Origin: Pseudonocardiaceae bacterium
Lineage (GTDB): Bacteria > Actinomycetota > Actinomycetes > Mycobacteriales > Pseudonocardiaceae
Length of the DNA: 64,000 nt
Assembly: GCA_050700055.1 (NCBI GenBank)
Contig: JBOHGE010000020.1
Location: forward strand, 11,770-75,769
Direction: 5' to 3'
A model generated the notes under the pieces. That model was given only the letters and a program-made list of their open reading frames with translations, had not been told where the DNA came from and did not search any database. The position numbers and the translations under genes were made by a program. Below, in pieces: positions 1 through 7,795 of the stretch; within the stretch, counting starts at the first letter, position 1, and each line of letters opens with the position of its first letter.

Positions 1-11
1 ATCGTGCGCTG

Positions 12-437
12 GTGCGGCAGGTCTTGCGCCCCCGCTACGACGCCGCGCCAATAGTGCAAGAATCCTTCTTCACGCGTGCAGCGGCACTGGAGGGGCTCGA
101 CAAAGAGCAACACTGCGACGACATTCATCTGGCAAAACGTTATTTACGACTCGCTGAGAATGTGGCGCAACATTTCGAGACTTTGGTTGGACAAGAGGAT
201 GCCGCCAAGCGATGGTGTAAGCGCATGGTGGAGCTTCGCAACAACATCGGCCACGGCGATCCTGTGCCGCTGCATCAAAGCGCAGCCGAGCTGTTTGAGA
301 TGTCCGAGAGTGCCTACTGGCTGTTTGTCCTGAACCTGCTGGTCGAGGCCGAGGCGCCGCACGCGGCATACAACCATATAATCACCATGACACAACGGTT
401 CCTCTTCTTGAGCAAGCAAGTCGGTCAGCATTACTGA
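12..437 (+). CDS. HEPN-like domain protein, C-terminal part (frame stays open to window start)
   Basis: Translation contains an Rx4H motif (MVELRNNIGHG) in a helical context, as in HEPN RNase families. There is no stop between nt 3 and 12, so the gene may start before the window. The region is visibly AT-richer than the rest. Confidence 0.45.
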   Translation: MRQVLRPRYDAAPIVQESFFTRAAALEGLDKEQHCDDIHLAKRYLRLAENVAQHFETLVGQEDAAKRWCKRMVELRNNIGHGDPVPLHQSAAELFEMSESAYWLFVLNLLVEAEAPHAAYNHIITMTQRFLFLSKQVGQHY

Positions 438-714
438 TGCGAGCCGTTAGAAACTGGCTGTAGATGGCGAGCTACTGGTACCCATTTCCAGCGCATTCGG
501 CATGCACGAGAGGGCGATATCAGGCGTTGGCGAGGCGGGATGGTTGTGTCCGAAACTGCGCCAGTTCGCGGTAGGCCGACCGACTTCCAGGTTGTGGAAC
601 AGCCGTTCCGGGCTGCCCGTACCGTTCCATACGTTCGCTGCGCCCGGCCGGGTCTTTGCGCACCGGGCCGGGCCAGCGCTGTCCAAGAAGCGACGTACCC
701 TCTCCGGGAGTTGA

Positions 715-1068
715 GTGAGGCGGAGGACCCATGCCACGGGACGACAAGCCATCGAGAAGATGTTGAGGGACATCCAGCGGGAGTTCGACAGGCACCCGAT
801 CCGCGTCCCGCTGCGGACAGATGGGCACACCTTCGAGCGCGCTGGGCATATGTTGTACAGCCGCGGTAGTGGAGAACTGGGGACCACGGTCTACAACGGT
901 TTGGTGATCCAGGGCATTGCTGACGGCGCCCAGCTGGCGTGGGGCGATCAGACCGTGAACCAGACGATGACCCGGACCGAGCAGATCGCATCGGGCTTCG
1001 AGCCCATCGCTCAGGCGGTGGTGGGCACGCTCAAGAAGCTGCCCCGAGTGACGGGGCGGTGGATGTAG
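715..1068 (+). CDS. hypothetical protein
   Basis: 117-aa ORF with non-degenerate composition. No motif recognised. Start uncertain. Confidence 0.25.
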   Translation: MRRRTHATGRQAIEKMLRDIQREFDRHPIRVPLRTDGHTFERAGHMLYSRGSGELGTTVYNGLVIQGIADGAQLAWGDQTVNQTMTRTEQIASGFEPIAQAVVGTLKKLPRVTGRWM

Positions 1069-1199
1069 GAAGCCAGTGAGTAGCTTTGCTGAAAGCACGC
1101 AGGGTGCTCCATCTGGGGCCAGTGCAGCAGGTTGTGGCCGTAGGCACAGACAACGCATGCCGGTCGGAGGCGGATCAACATGTGCTGGTGGCGCGCCCG

Positions 1200-1324
1200 T
1201 GACACGGTTTGTGACGCGAACCCGGGTCGCCGGGTGTCGTGTGACGCGACCGCTGCGAACCTCTGGCACACGAAAGTCCCAGGTAGACGGCATAGTAAAC
1301 GCCGTCGAGCACTTTCCTAAACCG
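1200..1324 (+). repeat. copy A of an imperfect ~125-bp direct repeat (partner at 3954-4077)
   Basis: tgacacggtttgtgacgcgaaccc...tgacgcgaccgctgcg...caggtagacggcatagtaaacgccgtcgagcactttcctaaaccg aligns colinearly with 3954-4077. By eye roughly three quarters of the positions match. Confidence 0.6.
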
Positions 1325-1330
1325 TGTGTC

Positions 1331-1355
1331 GCAGGTTCGAATCCTGCCGAGGGCA
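1331..1355 (+). other. tRNA-like 3' fragment (T-arm plus acceptor-like tail), not a complete tRNA
   Basis: gcaggTTCGAATcctgc is a canonical T-stem/loop and is followed by cgagggc-a. No D-arm or anticodon arm of proper length can be folded upstream. Confidence 0.35.
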
Positions 1356-1520
1356 CAGGCATTGACCTGCGAGAACGCAGTCCGCAAACCGCCACTTAGC
1401 GATCGACGAACATCGAGTGTGGTGCGAGAGTCGACGAGCCGGTAGCTGTCATGAGCCACTTCCGAACACACCGCCGAGTTGAGGCAGACTGACAGGCACG
1501 CAGACGAAGGGATCAGCAGC

Positions 1521-1739
1521 ATGAGCGCGCAGCTGAGTGTCACCGTTGTGGTCAGCCGGGAGGGCGATCGCTTCGTCGCGCAGTGCCTCGAGGTCGACAT
1601 GTCCAGCTTCGGCGACACGCAAGCAGAGGCACTGGCGATGGTGACCGAGGCTCTGGAACTGTGGTTCGAGGACGCCCCTGTACCCGATCACTTCAGCCGG
1701 CCGGTGGTCACCACGGTCGATCTGCACCTCTCTGCATGA
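1521..1739 (+). CDS. hicB: HicB-family antitoxin
   Basis: MSAQLSVTVVVSREGDRFVAQCLEVDMSSFGDTQAEALAMVTEALELWFE matches the HicB/UPF0150 pattern. A purine-rich stretch lies upstream. The stop overlaps the hicA ATG (ATGA). Confidence 0.75.
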   Translation: MSAQLSVTVVVSREGDRFVAQCLEVDMSSFGDTQAEALAMVTEALELWFEDAPVPDHFSRPVVTTVDLHLSA

Positions 1740-1962
1740 GCCGGTCGCTTCCTGCCGTCACGGGCCGGGAGGTACTCAAGGCGCTGGTTGGCGTTGGGTT
1801 CGTCCACCTCTCGACCAAGGCTCCCACGCCAAAGTCGCGCATCCGGACGGACGCGTGGCGGTGGTGCCGATGCATGGTGGCCGAGACCTCCCACGGGGCA
1901 CACTGGGCTCGATTCTTCGTCAAACGAGGCTCACCATCGCGGAGTTCCGGGAACTCCTGTGA
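1736..1962 (+). pseudogene. hicA: HicA-family toxin, interrupted by a 1-nt frameshift
   Basis: The N-terminus LPAVTGREVLKALVGVGFVHLSTK reads in one frame. The rest, SHAKVAHPDGRVAVVPMHGGRDLPRGTLGSILRQTRLTIAEFRELL*, is readable only after a -1 shift at the short G run at 1819-1820 (accaagg|ctcccac). Restoring one G gives a 75-aa HicA. Confidence 0.7.
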
Positions 1963-2007
1963 GATCGGGAACTCGGGACTCGTCTACGCCAGCTCCGGAC
2001 GGACCGG

Positions 2008-2446
2008 TCACACCTCCGGCCCAGCGGTAGCGCAAATCTTGGTGCATGAAGAGAAATACCTGTCGGCGGCTGCCACCTCCCGACCGTGCGCCAGCGCCTT
2101 CGGCGTCGTGACGTTTTGCAGGTCGCGTCGGGTGAAATCAGGTGTCAACACGAACCACGCCACGATGCTGCCGCCCGGGAACGTCAGCGACATCAGGTCG
2201 ACATCGCCGGTTCTGCCTACCGCGGCGGCAAGTGGCCACCACCCCGGGTGCTCGGCCCGCACCGATGGTGATCACATCGACAGGTATGCCCAGAAAGACC
2301 GTTTCGAAAGGCACTAGGATCTCGTCCCCGAGCACTGTGCAGAAGGCCATCATGCACTCGTCTTTGTCGTGACAGTCCACAACGATCTCGGCGATCAGGT
2401 CATCGAGTTCCCTCACCGGATTCCTCGCTCGACCGGTTGGGATCAA
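2008..2446 (-). pseudogene. conserved actinobacterial small protein (family often annotated 'calcium-binding'), apparently frameshifted
   Basis: ORF 2138-2446 gives LIAEIVVDCHDKDECMMAFCTVLGDEILVPFETVFLGIPV...VVATCRRGRQ. The expected continuation (TGDVDLMSLTFPGGSIVAWF...) lies in ORF 2008-2262, one frame off, with the switch near 2225-2240. Confidence 0.4.
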
Positions 2447-3198
2447 GCTCTCCGGGTGGCCAGGTCGGTCTCAATCTCCTGGGCCGCGGCGGTCGCGCTA
2501 AGCAGGCCGCCGTGGTCATCGAGGGCGCGGACCTCCCCGAGGGCGCGCTGTTCCGGCCGTTGGACAACGCTCTGATGATTCCCGGCAGCTTCAACGGTGA
2601 GCGCATCTACTTCGTGGCCGGCGAGCCCGTCCCGCCGCCACCAGCGACTGCACGCGGTCCGGTCGCTCCAACCGAGGCTCTGCCCCCGACGCTGAGCTCA
2701 GAGTTGAACCGGGCGGGCTCGTTCAGCGGCCATCCGCTCGCCGCTGGCGGCACCAGCGCGGTGCTCGTCCTAGCCCTCGACACCGGCATCTACGTGCTTA
2801 CCCGCGGGGAGATGCCACCACCTGAACATGTGCTCCACGCCGCGGAGTCGGGTGGCGTGGCTGGCGCAGTCGCCGAGCAGGCAGCCGCGGGCGCTGACCC
2901 AAGCGCTCGGACAGGGTTCGGGGCGGCTTGTTGTCGTCCTTGGAGCGGGGCCGCTGGAGGTGTCGGTGGCGCCGTTGCCGGTCCCCTCGTCGAGACCATG
3001 ATGCTCGCCTTGGACGACCGACAACATACCCGCGGAGAATACGCCAGCGCCGCAGGCCGTGGCGCTGTTGCCGGCGCGGCCGGCGGCTTAGTCGGTGCCG
3101 CCCTCACCGGCGCGCTCGCCGGGTCCGTCGCGCCGGGCGTCGGCACCGCAATCGGCTTCGTGGCGAGCCCGGCCAGCGGCGGGTCACGCGCTCGCTAG
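2437..3198 (+). CDS. hypothetical protein with Gly/Ala-rich (glycine-zipper-like) C-terminus
   Basis: 253-aa ORF. The C-terminal GAVAGAAGGLVGAALTGALAGSVAPGVGTAIGFVA looks like a GxxxG membrane segment. The annotated start collides with the divergent gene, so the real start is probably further inside. Confidence 0.3.
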   Translation: MGSSSPGGQVGLNLLGRGGRAKQAAVVIEGADLPEGALFRPLDNALMIPGSFNGERIYFVAGEPVPPPPATARGPVAPTEALPPTLSSELNRAGSFSGHPLAAGGTSAVLVLALDTGIYVLTRGEMPPPEHVLHAAESGGVAGAVAEQAAAGADPSARTGFGAACCRPWSGAAGGVGGAVAGPLVETMMLALDDRQHTRGEYASAAGRGAVAGAAGGLVGAALTGALAGSVAPGVGTAIGFVASPASGGSRAR

Positions 3199-3268
3199 AT
3201 CAGCCGGCTTCCGCGGCGTTGAGCAAGCAGGAGTGGGAACCCGCCAGTGTGGTCCTTATGCTGGAGAC

Positions 3269-3568
3269 ATGACAGCGGCACACTCGTTTGAGCTACCTCC
3301 GCACAGTGGTGCCCCTGCGGAGGCGGTTGACACTGCGGTCGGTGGCCAGGTGGCGTACCTCATGCGCGATGGTCAGCCGGTCGCGGCGGTGGTCCCGGTG
3401 GATGTCGCCACCGCGGGGGCTGCCGCTGTCGAAGCACTGGAGGCTGCTGAGGACATCCGGGCTGCTCGTGCTGCGCTGGCTGACCGTACACCTCGTGTCC
3501 CGCTGTCCGAGGTTCTGGCCGAATACGCCGATGATGTCGCTGCATACCCTGACGTTGATGCGCGGTGA
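3269..3568 (+). CDS. Phd/YefM-type antitoxin
   Basis: QVAYLMRDGQPVAAVVPVDV...EALEAAEDIRAARAAL is the typical Phd/YefM N-terminal beta-strand followed by an acidic helix. The stop overlaps the start of the downstream toxin (ATGA-type overlap at 3565-3568). Confidence 0.65.
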   Translation: MTAAHSFELPPHSGAPAEAVDTAVGGQVAYLMRDGQPVAAVVPVDVATAGAAAVEALEAAEDIRAARAALADRTPRVPLSEVLAEYADDVAAYPDVDAR

Positions 3569-3833
3569 GCGATCGCTACGCAGTCGAATTCGGGCGCTCC
3601 GCGAAGAAGAATCTTGATCAGCTCGATGGCCCAATTCGTGCGCGTGTGCTGCGCAAAATGGCTGCGTTGGCGGATGATCCCCGGCCGCCTGGCGCCACTC
3701 GGCTGGTTAATGCTGATGATCTGTGGCGCATTCGGTCGGGGACTACCGCGTGGTCTACGCCATAGAAGACGACCGGCTCGTGGTGATCGTCGTTCGGGTT
3801 GCAGGACGTGGAAAGGTCTACCGCGACATCTGA
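3565..3833 (+). pseudogene. RelE/ParE-family toxin, interrupted by a 1-nt frameshift
   Basis: YAVEFGRSAKKNLDQLDGPIRARVLRKMAALADDPRPPGATRLVNADDLWRIR reads in frame 1. The conserved GDYRVVYAIEDDRLVVIVVRVAGRGKVYRDI* is readable only after a -1 shift near 3735-3737 (cgg|tcgggg). Confidence 0.7.
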
Positions 3834-3953
3834 CTCGGGGCTGCGGCCCGCAGTCCCTCAAGACAACCCCGCCCGTCGATCCACCAGCGAGCAACCGCTG
3901 CCACTCCTTTCCGTTCGACGTCGGGAGCGCGCCGGCACCCCATGCCACACCCA

Positions 3954-4077
3954 TGACACGGCTTGTGACACGACCCAGGGTCATCTAACTCGCATGACGC
4001 GACAGCTGCGTACTTCGGACACACCATAGTCGCAGGTAGACCACATAGTAGGCGGCGTCGAAGCTCTTCCTAAACCG
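3954..4077 (+). repeat. copy B of the imperfect ~125-bp direct repeat (partner at 1200-1324)
   Basis: tgacacggcttgtgacacgaccc...tgacgcgacagctgcg...caggtagaccacatagtaggcggcgtcgaagctcttcctaaaccg is colinear with copy A. Similarity stops where copy A continues into the tRNA-like T-arm. Confidence 0.6.
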
Positions 4078-4235
4078 CCCAATACTGACGTACGATTTTG
4101 CGACGTCCAGCAAGATCGCGTCATGGCGGACAGGTAGGGACATCCGCGCCGCACCCGACGTTATAAGGTGGGTACTACCCACTTGCCTACTTTGCCACAA
4201 GGGTGCAGACTGCTCAGCGAAGAAAAGAGGTCGCC

Positions 4236-4544
4236 ATGTCCGCCATGCCAGAAGGACCGCCCGTCCCCTTCGAGGTCATTACCGAAACCGAGGTAGACAG
4301 CCGCGGCAGAGTCAGCCTGGGTCGCGCCGGCGCCGAGCCAGGAGGGCGCTACCGGGTGGCCCGCAACATCGACGGCGTGCTGCTGCTCACTCCTGTGGTC
4401 TCCATCCCCGAGCGCGAGCTGATCGTCTGGGAGAAGCCTGCGCTGGCCGAGCGCATCCGCATCGGGGTTGCCGAGACCCAAACCGGACGCACCATCGATC
4501 TAGGTGACTTCACTGGTTACGCTAGCAGCACCGATGACGAGTAG
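4236..4544 (+). CDS. AbrB/MazE/SpoVT-type antitoxin
   Basis: EVDSRGRVSLGRAGAEPGGRYRVARNIDGVLLLTP is the swapped-hairpin AbrB-like motif. aaaagagg lies upstream of ATG 4236. Confidence 0.6.
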   Translation: MSAMPEGPPVPFEVITETEVDSRGRVSLGRAGAEPGGRYRVARNIDGVLLLTPVVSIPERELIVWEKPALAERIRIGVAETQTGRTIDLGDFTGYASSTDDE

Positions 4545-4548
4545 CCGG

Positions 4549-4868
4549 ATGGGCTTTTATCAGCTACGTTTTGCCACCCCGGCCCGGGAAACACTGGACT
4601 TACTTGATGACAGTCCCCAGTACGCGGCCAAACTGCGTAAGGTGCGCCGCGCCCTGGGTTGCTGCAAATCAACCCCCGTCACCCAGGGTTACACTCGCAT
4701 CAGTACGAGAATTTCCCCGGCGCCCCGAAGGCGAAGGTGTGGGACTCCTATGTGGAAAATCGCACGCCCGGGGCGTGGCGGATTTGGTGGATGTACGGGC
4801 CGGATGAGATCCGCGATAATCAAACCGTCGCGGTAATCACCGTGCTCGACATCGGCCCTCACCCCTGA
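4549..4868 (+). pseudogene. putative toxin partner (RelE/ParE-superfamily-like, tentative), interrupted by a 1-nt frameshift
   Basis: MGFYQLRFATPARETLDLLDDSPQYAAKLRKVRRALG continues sensibly only in ORF 4659-4868 (LLQINPRHPGLHSHQYENFPG...AWRIWWMYGPD...VITVLDIGPHP*). The shift is near 4656-4660 (ctggg|ttgctg). Confidence 0.55.
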
Positions 4869-5230
4869 TCCTTCGCGGAGCGATCTTGAGTAGGTTCGGA
4901 AATTTTGACAGCACACATCTTCGCGCTAGCCAAAGAATGATCTCGGTTGCGCAAGCCGCTCCGAGTCAGAACTCCGAGCGGCTGACCAGCCCAATGCTCG
5001 AATCGTCTCCATTCCTGACTCATTCGCATCCGTTCGCGAGCATCTGCCACTACCACATGGTTTTTCTGGCGCAGTTCAAGGACAATGGCGACTGAACACG
5101 TCTGCAACACCGGATCCTGAAAATCGGAAAAGCAACGGTTCGAACCCACCCTGGTCACCGCCGCCGCAGCGACGATGCGGCCAGCGGTAGTCGGCGTGGT
5201 GCGGATCGTGGTGCGAAATGCACGTGAAGC

Positions 5231-5527
5231 ATGCCTCAGAACAGTCTTGGTGCGACATTGGACGAACTGTAGTTACGCTTTTACCTGCAACTGCTCACCG
5301 AACACGGCAGCACCTTGGCCATGCCGTACGCCCGCAGCCTCGGGAACGGCCTACGCGAATTACTGTTTCATCTTCGCGATGAGCAACGACACATCACCTT
5401 CTGGATAGCATCCGACCGACGGATCATGCTACTCACGACGTTCCGAAAACAGCGCCAAAACGAACGTCACGAAGTCGAGCGCGCCCACGATGTTCTCAAA
5501 CAAGCGCAACAGGAGTTCCACAGATGA
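5231..5527 (+). pseudogene. HigB/Gp49-like (RelE superfamily) toxin, N-terminally degraded with an in-frame TAG
   Basis: RFYLQLLTEHGSTLAMPYARSLGNGLRELLFHLRDEQRHITFWIASDRRIMLLTTFRKQRQNERHEVERA matches the Gp49/HigB core. An in-frame TAG sits at 5270-5272 and the usual ~40-aa N-terminus is missing. Confidence 0.5.
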
Positions 5528-5850
5528 ACAGTCGACGAGACATAGAAGAAATCTACACCACACGAGACGACGCAGACGCTGACGAGTTTCACGACGCTTA
5601 TGAGGAAACCCGCCGTTCCTACGAATTCGGCGTACTTACCCACACGCTCCGCAAGGCCGCTGGTCTCACGCAGAAAGAACTCGCTACGCGCATGGGCACC
5701 ACCGCCTCAGCCATCGCTCGACTGGAAGCAGGAGGCACCTCCCCAACTTTTGCCACCCTCGAGCGTCTCGCGGACGCGCTTGGCGTGCAGCTGCGTCTGG
5801 AGGTAGCCGACGCCACCGACCTCCCCGCCGTGACCTTCGGTGCCGCCTGA
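5524..5850 (+). CDS. XRE-family HTH antitoxin (HigA-like)
   Basis: LRKAAGLTQKELATRMGTTASAIARLEAGGTSPTFATLERLADALGVQL is a classic XRE/Cro HTH. The start overlaps the stop of the upstream toxin remnant. Confidence 0.7.
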   Translation: MNSRRDIEEIYTTRDDADADEFHDAYEETRRSYEFGVLTHTLRKAAGLTQKELATRMGTTASAIARLEAGGTSPTFATLERLADALGVQLRLEVADATDLPAVTFGAA

Positions 5851-5859
5851 AGTAACGAC

Positions 5860-6325
5860 ACCCGTCCACGCCAACCACCTCACCGATCGCAGTAGGATGC
5901 CCTGGCGGGGCCAGCTCACCTTTGGGCAGCGTGTAGATCCAGGTGTAGATCGCCTCGTGGGACAACCAGCGAGCCTTCTGGTAGGGATGCTCATAGCGGC
6001 TCAGGCGTTCTCCTTCAACATCGCTTCGATCAGTGGAGCCGGGCGCGGTCACGCTTGGGCGCGGTGGGAAGGCCGGGCAGAAGCGGCGCAGCTTCTCGCA
6101 CCACAGCTCATCCGAAGCCCCCAAGGCGGCCTCTCGGCCGCCGCACAGCTGGTTGTCCGCACCAAGCGTCAGGTATGTGAGGTAGTCCGCGACGATCTCC
6201 CGGATGACGTGCTGACCAGATCGTGCTTCAATCAGTCCCTCGCCGGCCTTGGTGCGGGAAAAGTTCCACAGCAGGTCAACGCCATCGGTCGCAAGTGCGT
6301 CGTCATCCTCATCGGCGGCTGACAC
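5860..6325 (-). mobile_element. IS30-family transposase N-terminal remnant (no DDE domain present)
   Basis: ARWLSHEAIYTWIYTLPKGEL resembles the IS30 motif (V/I)SHETIY..(L/I)Y...GEL that precedes the catalytic domain. The frame then runs into the antisense of the HigA-like gene without any DDE region. Confidence 0.4.
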
Positions 6326-6373
6326 GGAGAATGCTGCATGCAGCGCACCAAGGCATTTCCCGATGAAACGCGG

Positions 6374-7654
6374 CTACGTGGCGGTGGCGAGTTCCCTCGG
6401 GGTGGGCGGAGTGGCCGGCATCTGCGCAGACGTACGGTAGATGTGCTGCTCGTAGTCGACAATCGACCACCGACCGACGCCGTGCACCCGAGTGTTCTTG
6501 GTCATGGTGGGATCGGCCTTCCTGACCCGCCTCCCATTCTCGACCAAGCGGACGTCGTTGGGATCCGGGTTCTGCATGAGATCCCTGCCCCTGCTCCGGC
6601 TGACGCCCTGCTCGCCGCTGCCCTGGTTGCCGCCGATCGTGACCAGGAACCGCCCGTCGAACGCGACCGCTGTGGTGATGTGATCCGGGTCGGTGCCATA
6701 GGCGTTGTCGATCAACACAAGGTCGCCCGGCTCGATACCCCGCGACGGGGGTGCCTTACGGATCGCCTCGTACCATCTGGTCGATCCCCGGCTTCCGTGG
6801 TACTCCCGCAACCGGACCCAGTGGTCGAAGGCCCAGATCCACGGGTCGGCCGCCACCCCCTGGTACGCCAGTGCGCCGCGAATCCCGCCTTCGCCCTGGC
6901 TCAGCGCGGCCCAGCGCGAGTCCATTCCAGATGCCTGGTGCTGTTGGGTGAAAGCAAAGGCACCACACCAGGCGTCGTTCCCGGGCAGCCGTCCGATGTC
7001 CCGCGCCTCCCGCTCGGCGTCGGCCCGGTGGCCGATCTTGCTCAGCGCCTCACGGGACGCCCGCAGCCGAAGCGCGGCGAAGACGTTCTGCTGGACGGTC
7101 TGGTTGAAATGCTCATACCGGAACTGCGGGTCGCCCTCCATCAGCACGTCCAGCCGGCCTTCAAGATCGGTGCTCAGCTGCGTCTGGGCCTGCTCGACAT
7201 CCCCGGTGTGGTCGGTGCCGTCCGACGCCTGGCCGCCGGTTGGTCGGCTGCGGACGTACAGGTCGGACACTTGGTCCATCATGGTGTGACGGATATCCGC
7301 CAGCGCACCCCGCAGGTCGGCCGACGGCGCAAGCTGATCCTCCGCGAGCCGGCGTCGAAAACGCTGATTGAGCACCTTGAGAGCGTTGAGGTCGCCGCCG
7401 GCCAACGCAGCGCGGGCCTCCTCCAGCGGGTTCGTCACGTCGCGCTGGATGACGGCGGTTACCGACGCTGAATTGGGCTGGGCGACCAGCATGCGCCCGA
7501 CAGCGCGATTGCCCACCGACCGCTGAGCGTTGAGGACTACCGCTGGTGACCAAGCCGTAACGGCCATATGAACAACGCGGCCCGCAACTCTGTTCGTGCT
7601 GGTCGCCGTCGAACCAGTGGATGCGACGCGCGGCGCGCCGGTCCGGTACCGCAT
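6374..7654 (-). CDS. CHAP/NlpC-P60-like amidase-domain protein with GNRAV-type N-terminal leader
   Basis: The C-terminal half has NDAWCGAFAF (Cys), GDLVLIDN..GTDPDHITTAV (His) and TIGGNQG, which is the CHAP pattern. The N-terminus has LNAQRSVGNRAVGRML...VIQRD. No signal peptide seen. Alternative start at ATG 7567. Confidence 0.65.
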   Translation of the reverse strand: MRYRTGAPRVASTGSTATSTNRVAGRVVHMAVTAWSPAVVLNAQRSVGNRAVGRMLVAQPNSASVTAVIQRDVTNPLEEARAALAGGDLNALKVLNQRFRRRLAEDQLAPSADLRGALADIRHTMMDQVSDLYVRSRPTGGQASDGTDHTGDVEQAQTQLSTDLEGRLDVLMEGDPQFRYEHFNQTVQQNVFAALRLRASREALSKIGHRADAEREARDIGRLPGNDAWCGAFAFTQQHQASGMDSRWAALSQGEGGIRGALAYQGVAADPWIWAFDHWVRLREYHGSRGSTRWYEAIRKAPPSRGIEPGDLVLIDNAYGTDPDHITTAVAFDGRFLVTIGGNQGSGEQGVSRSRGRDLMQNPDPNDVRLVENGRRVRKADPTMTKNTRVHGVGRWSIVDYEQHIYRTSAQMPATPPTPRELATAT

Positions 7655-7795
7655 CGTCAGTCACCTCGCAGTCGGCTAATTCTCCTCCCAAATATAACAG
7701 CATCCGACGGCGCCAGTCCTGCCCCTTCGGGCATCCTTCTGTTGGCGCGGATCTTTCCCTGCCGGGGGTCTGTGGCTGATGAAGTAGCTGGCGCG

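Noticed and set aside
715-1068. Amyloid-signalling (BASS-like) motif in TVYNGLVIQGIADGAQLAWGDQTVNQT
   Set aside because: This is only a vague Gly/Gln/Val pattern. No NLR-type partner is adjacent and no repeat of the motif occurs in a neighbouring gene. I kept the ORF only as a low-confidence hypothetical.
1286-1355. Complete tRNA gene
   Set aside because: Only a T-arm and an imperfect acceptor pairing (gccgtcg/cgagggc, 6 of 7) can be drawn. The 23 nt between them cannot hold D and anticodon arms. I kept it only as a tRNA-like fragment.
5120-5150. Second tRNA-like T-loop (cggttcgaaccc)
   Set aside because: The flanking bases do not form a T-stem on either strand.
6338-7471. 377-aa plus ORF antisense to the CHAP gene
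   Set aside because: Arg/Pro/Gly/Val-rich with no motifs. The minus frame carries the CHAP catalytic pattern.
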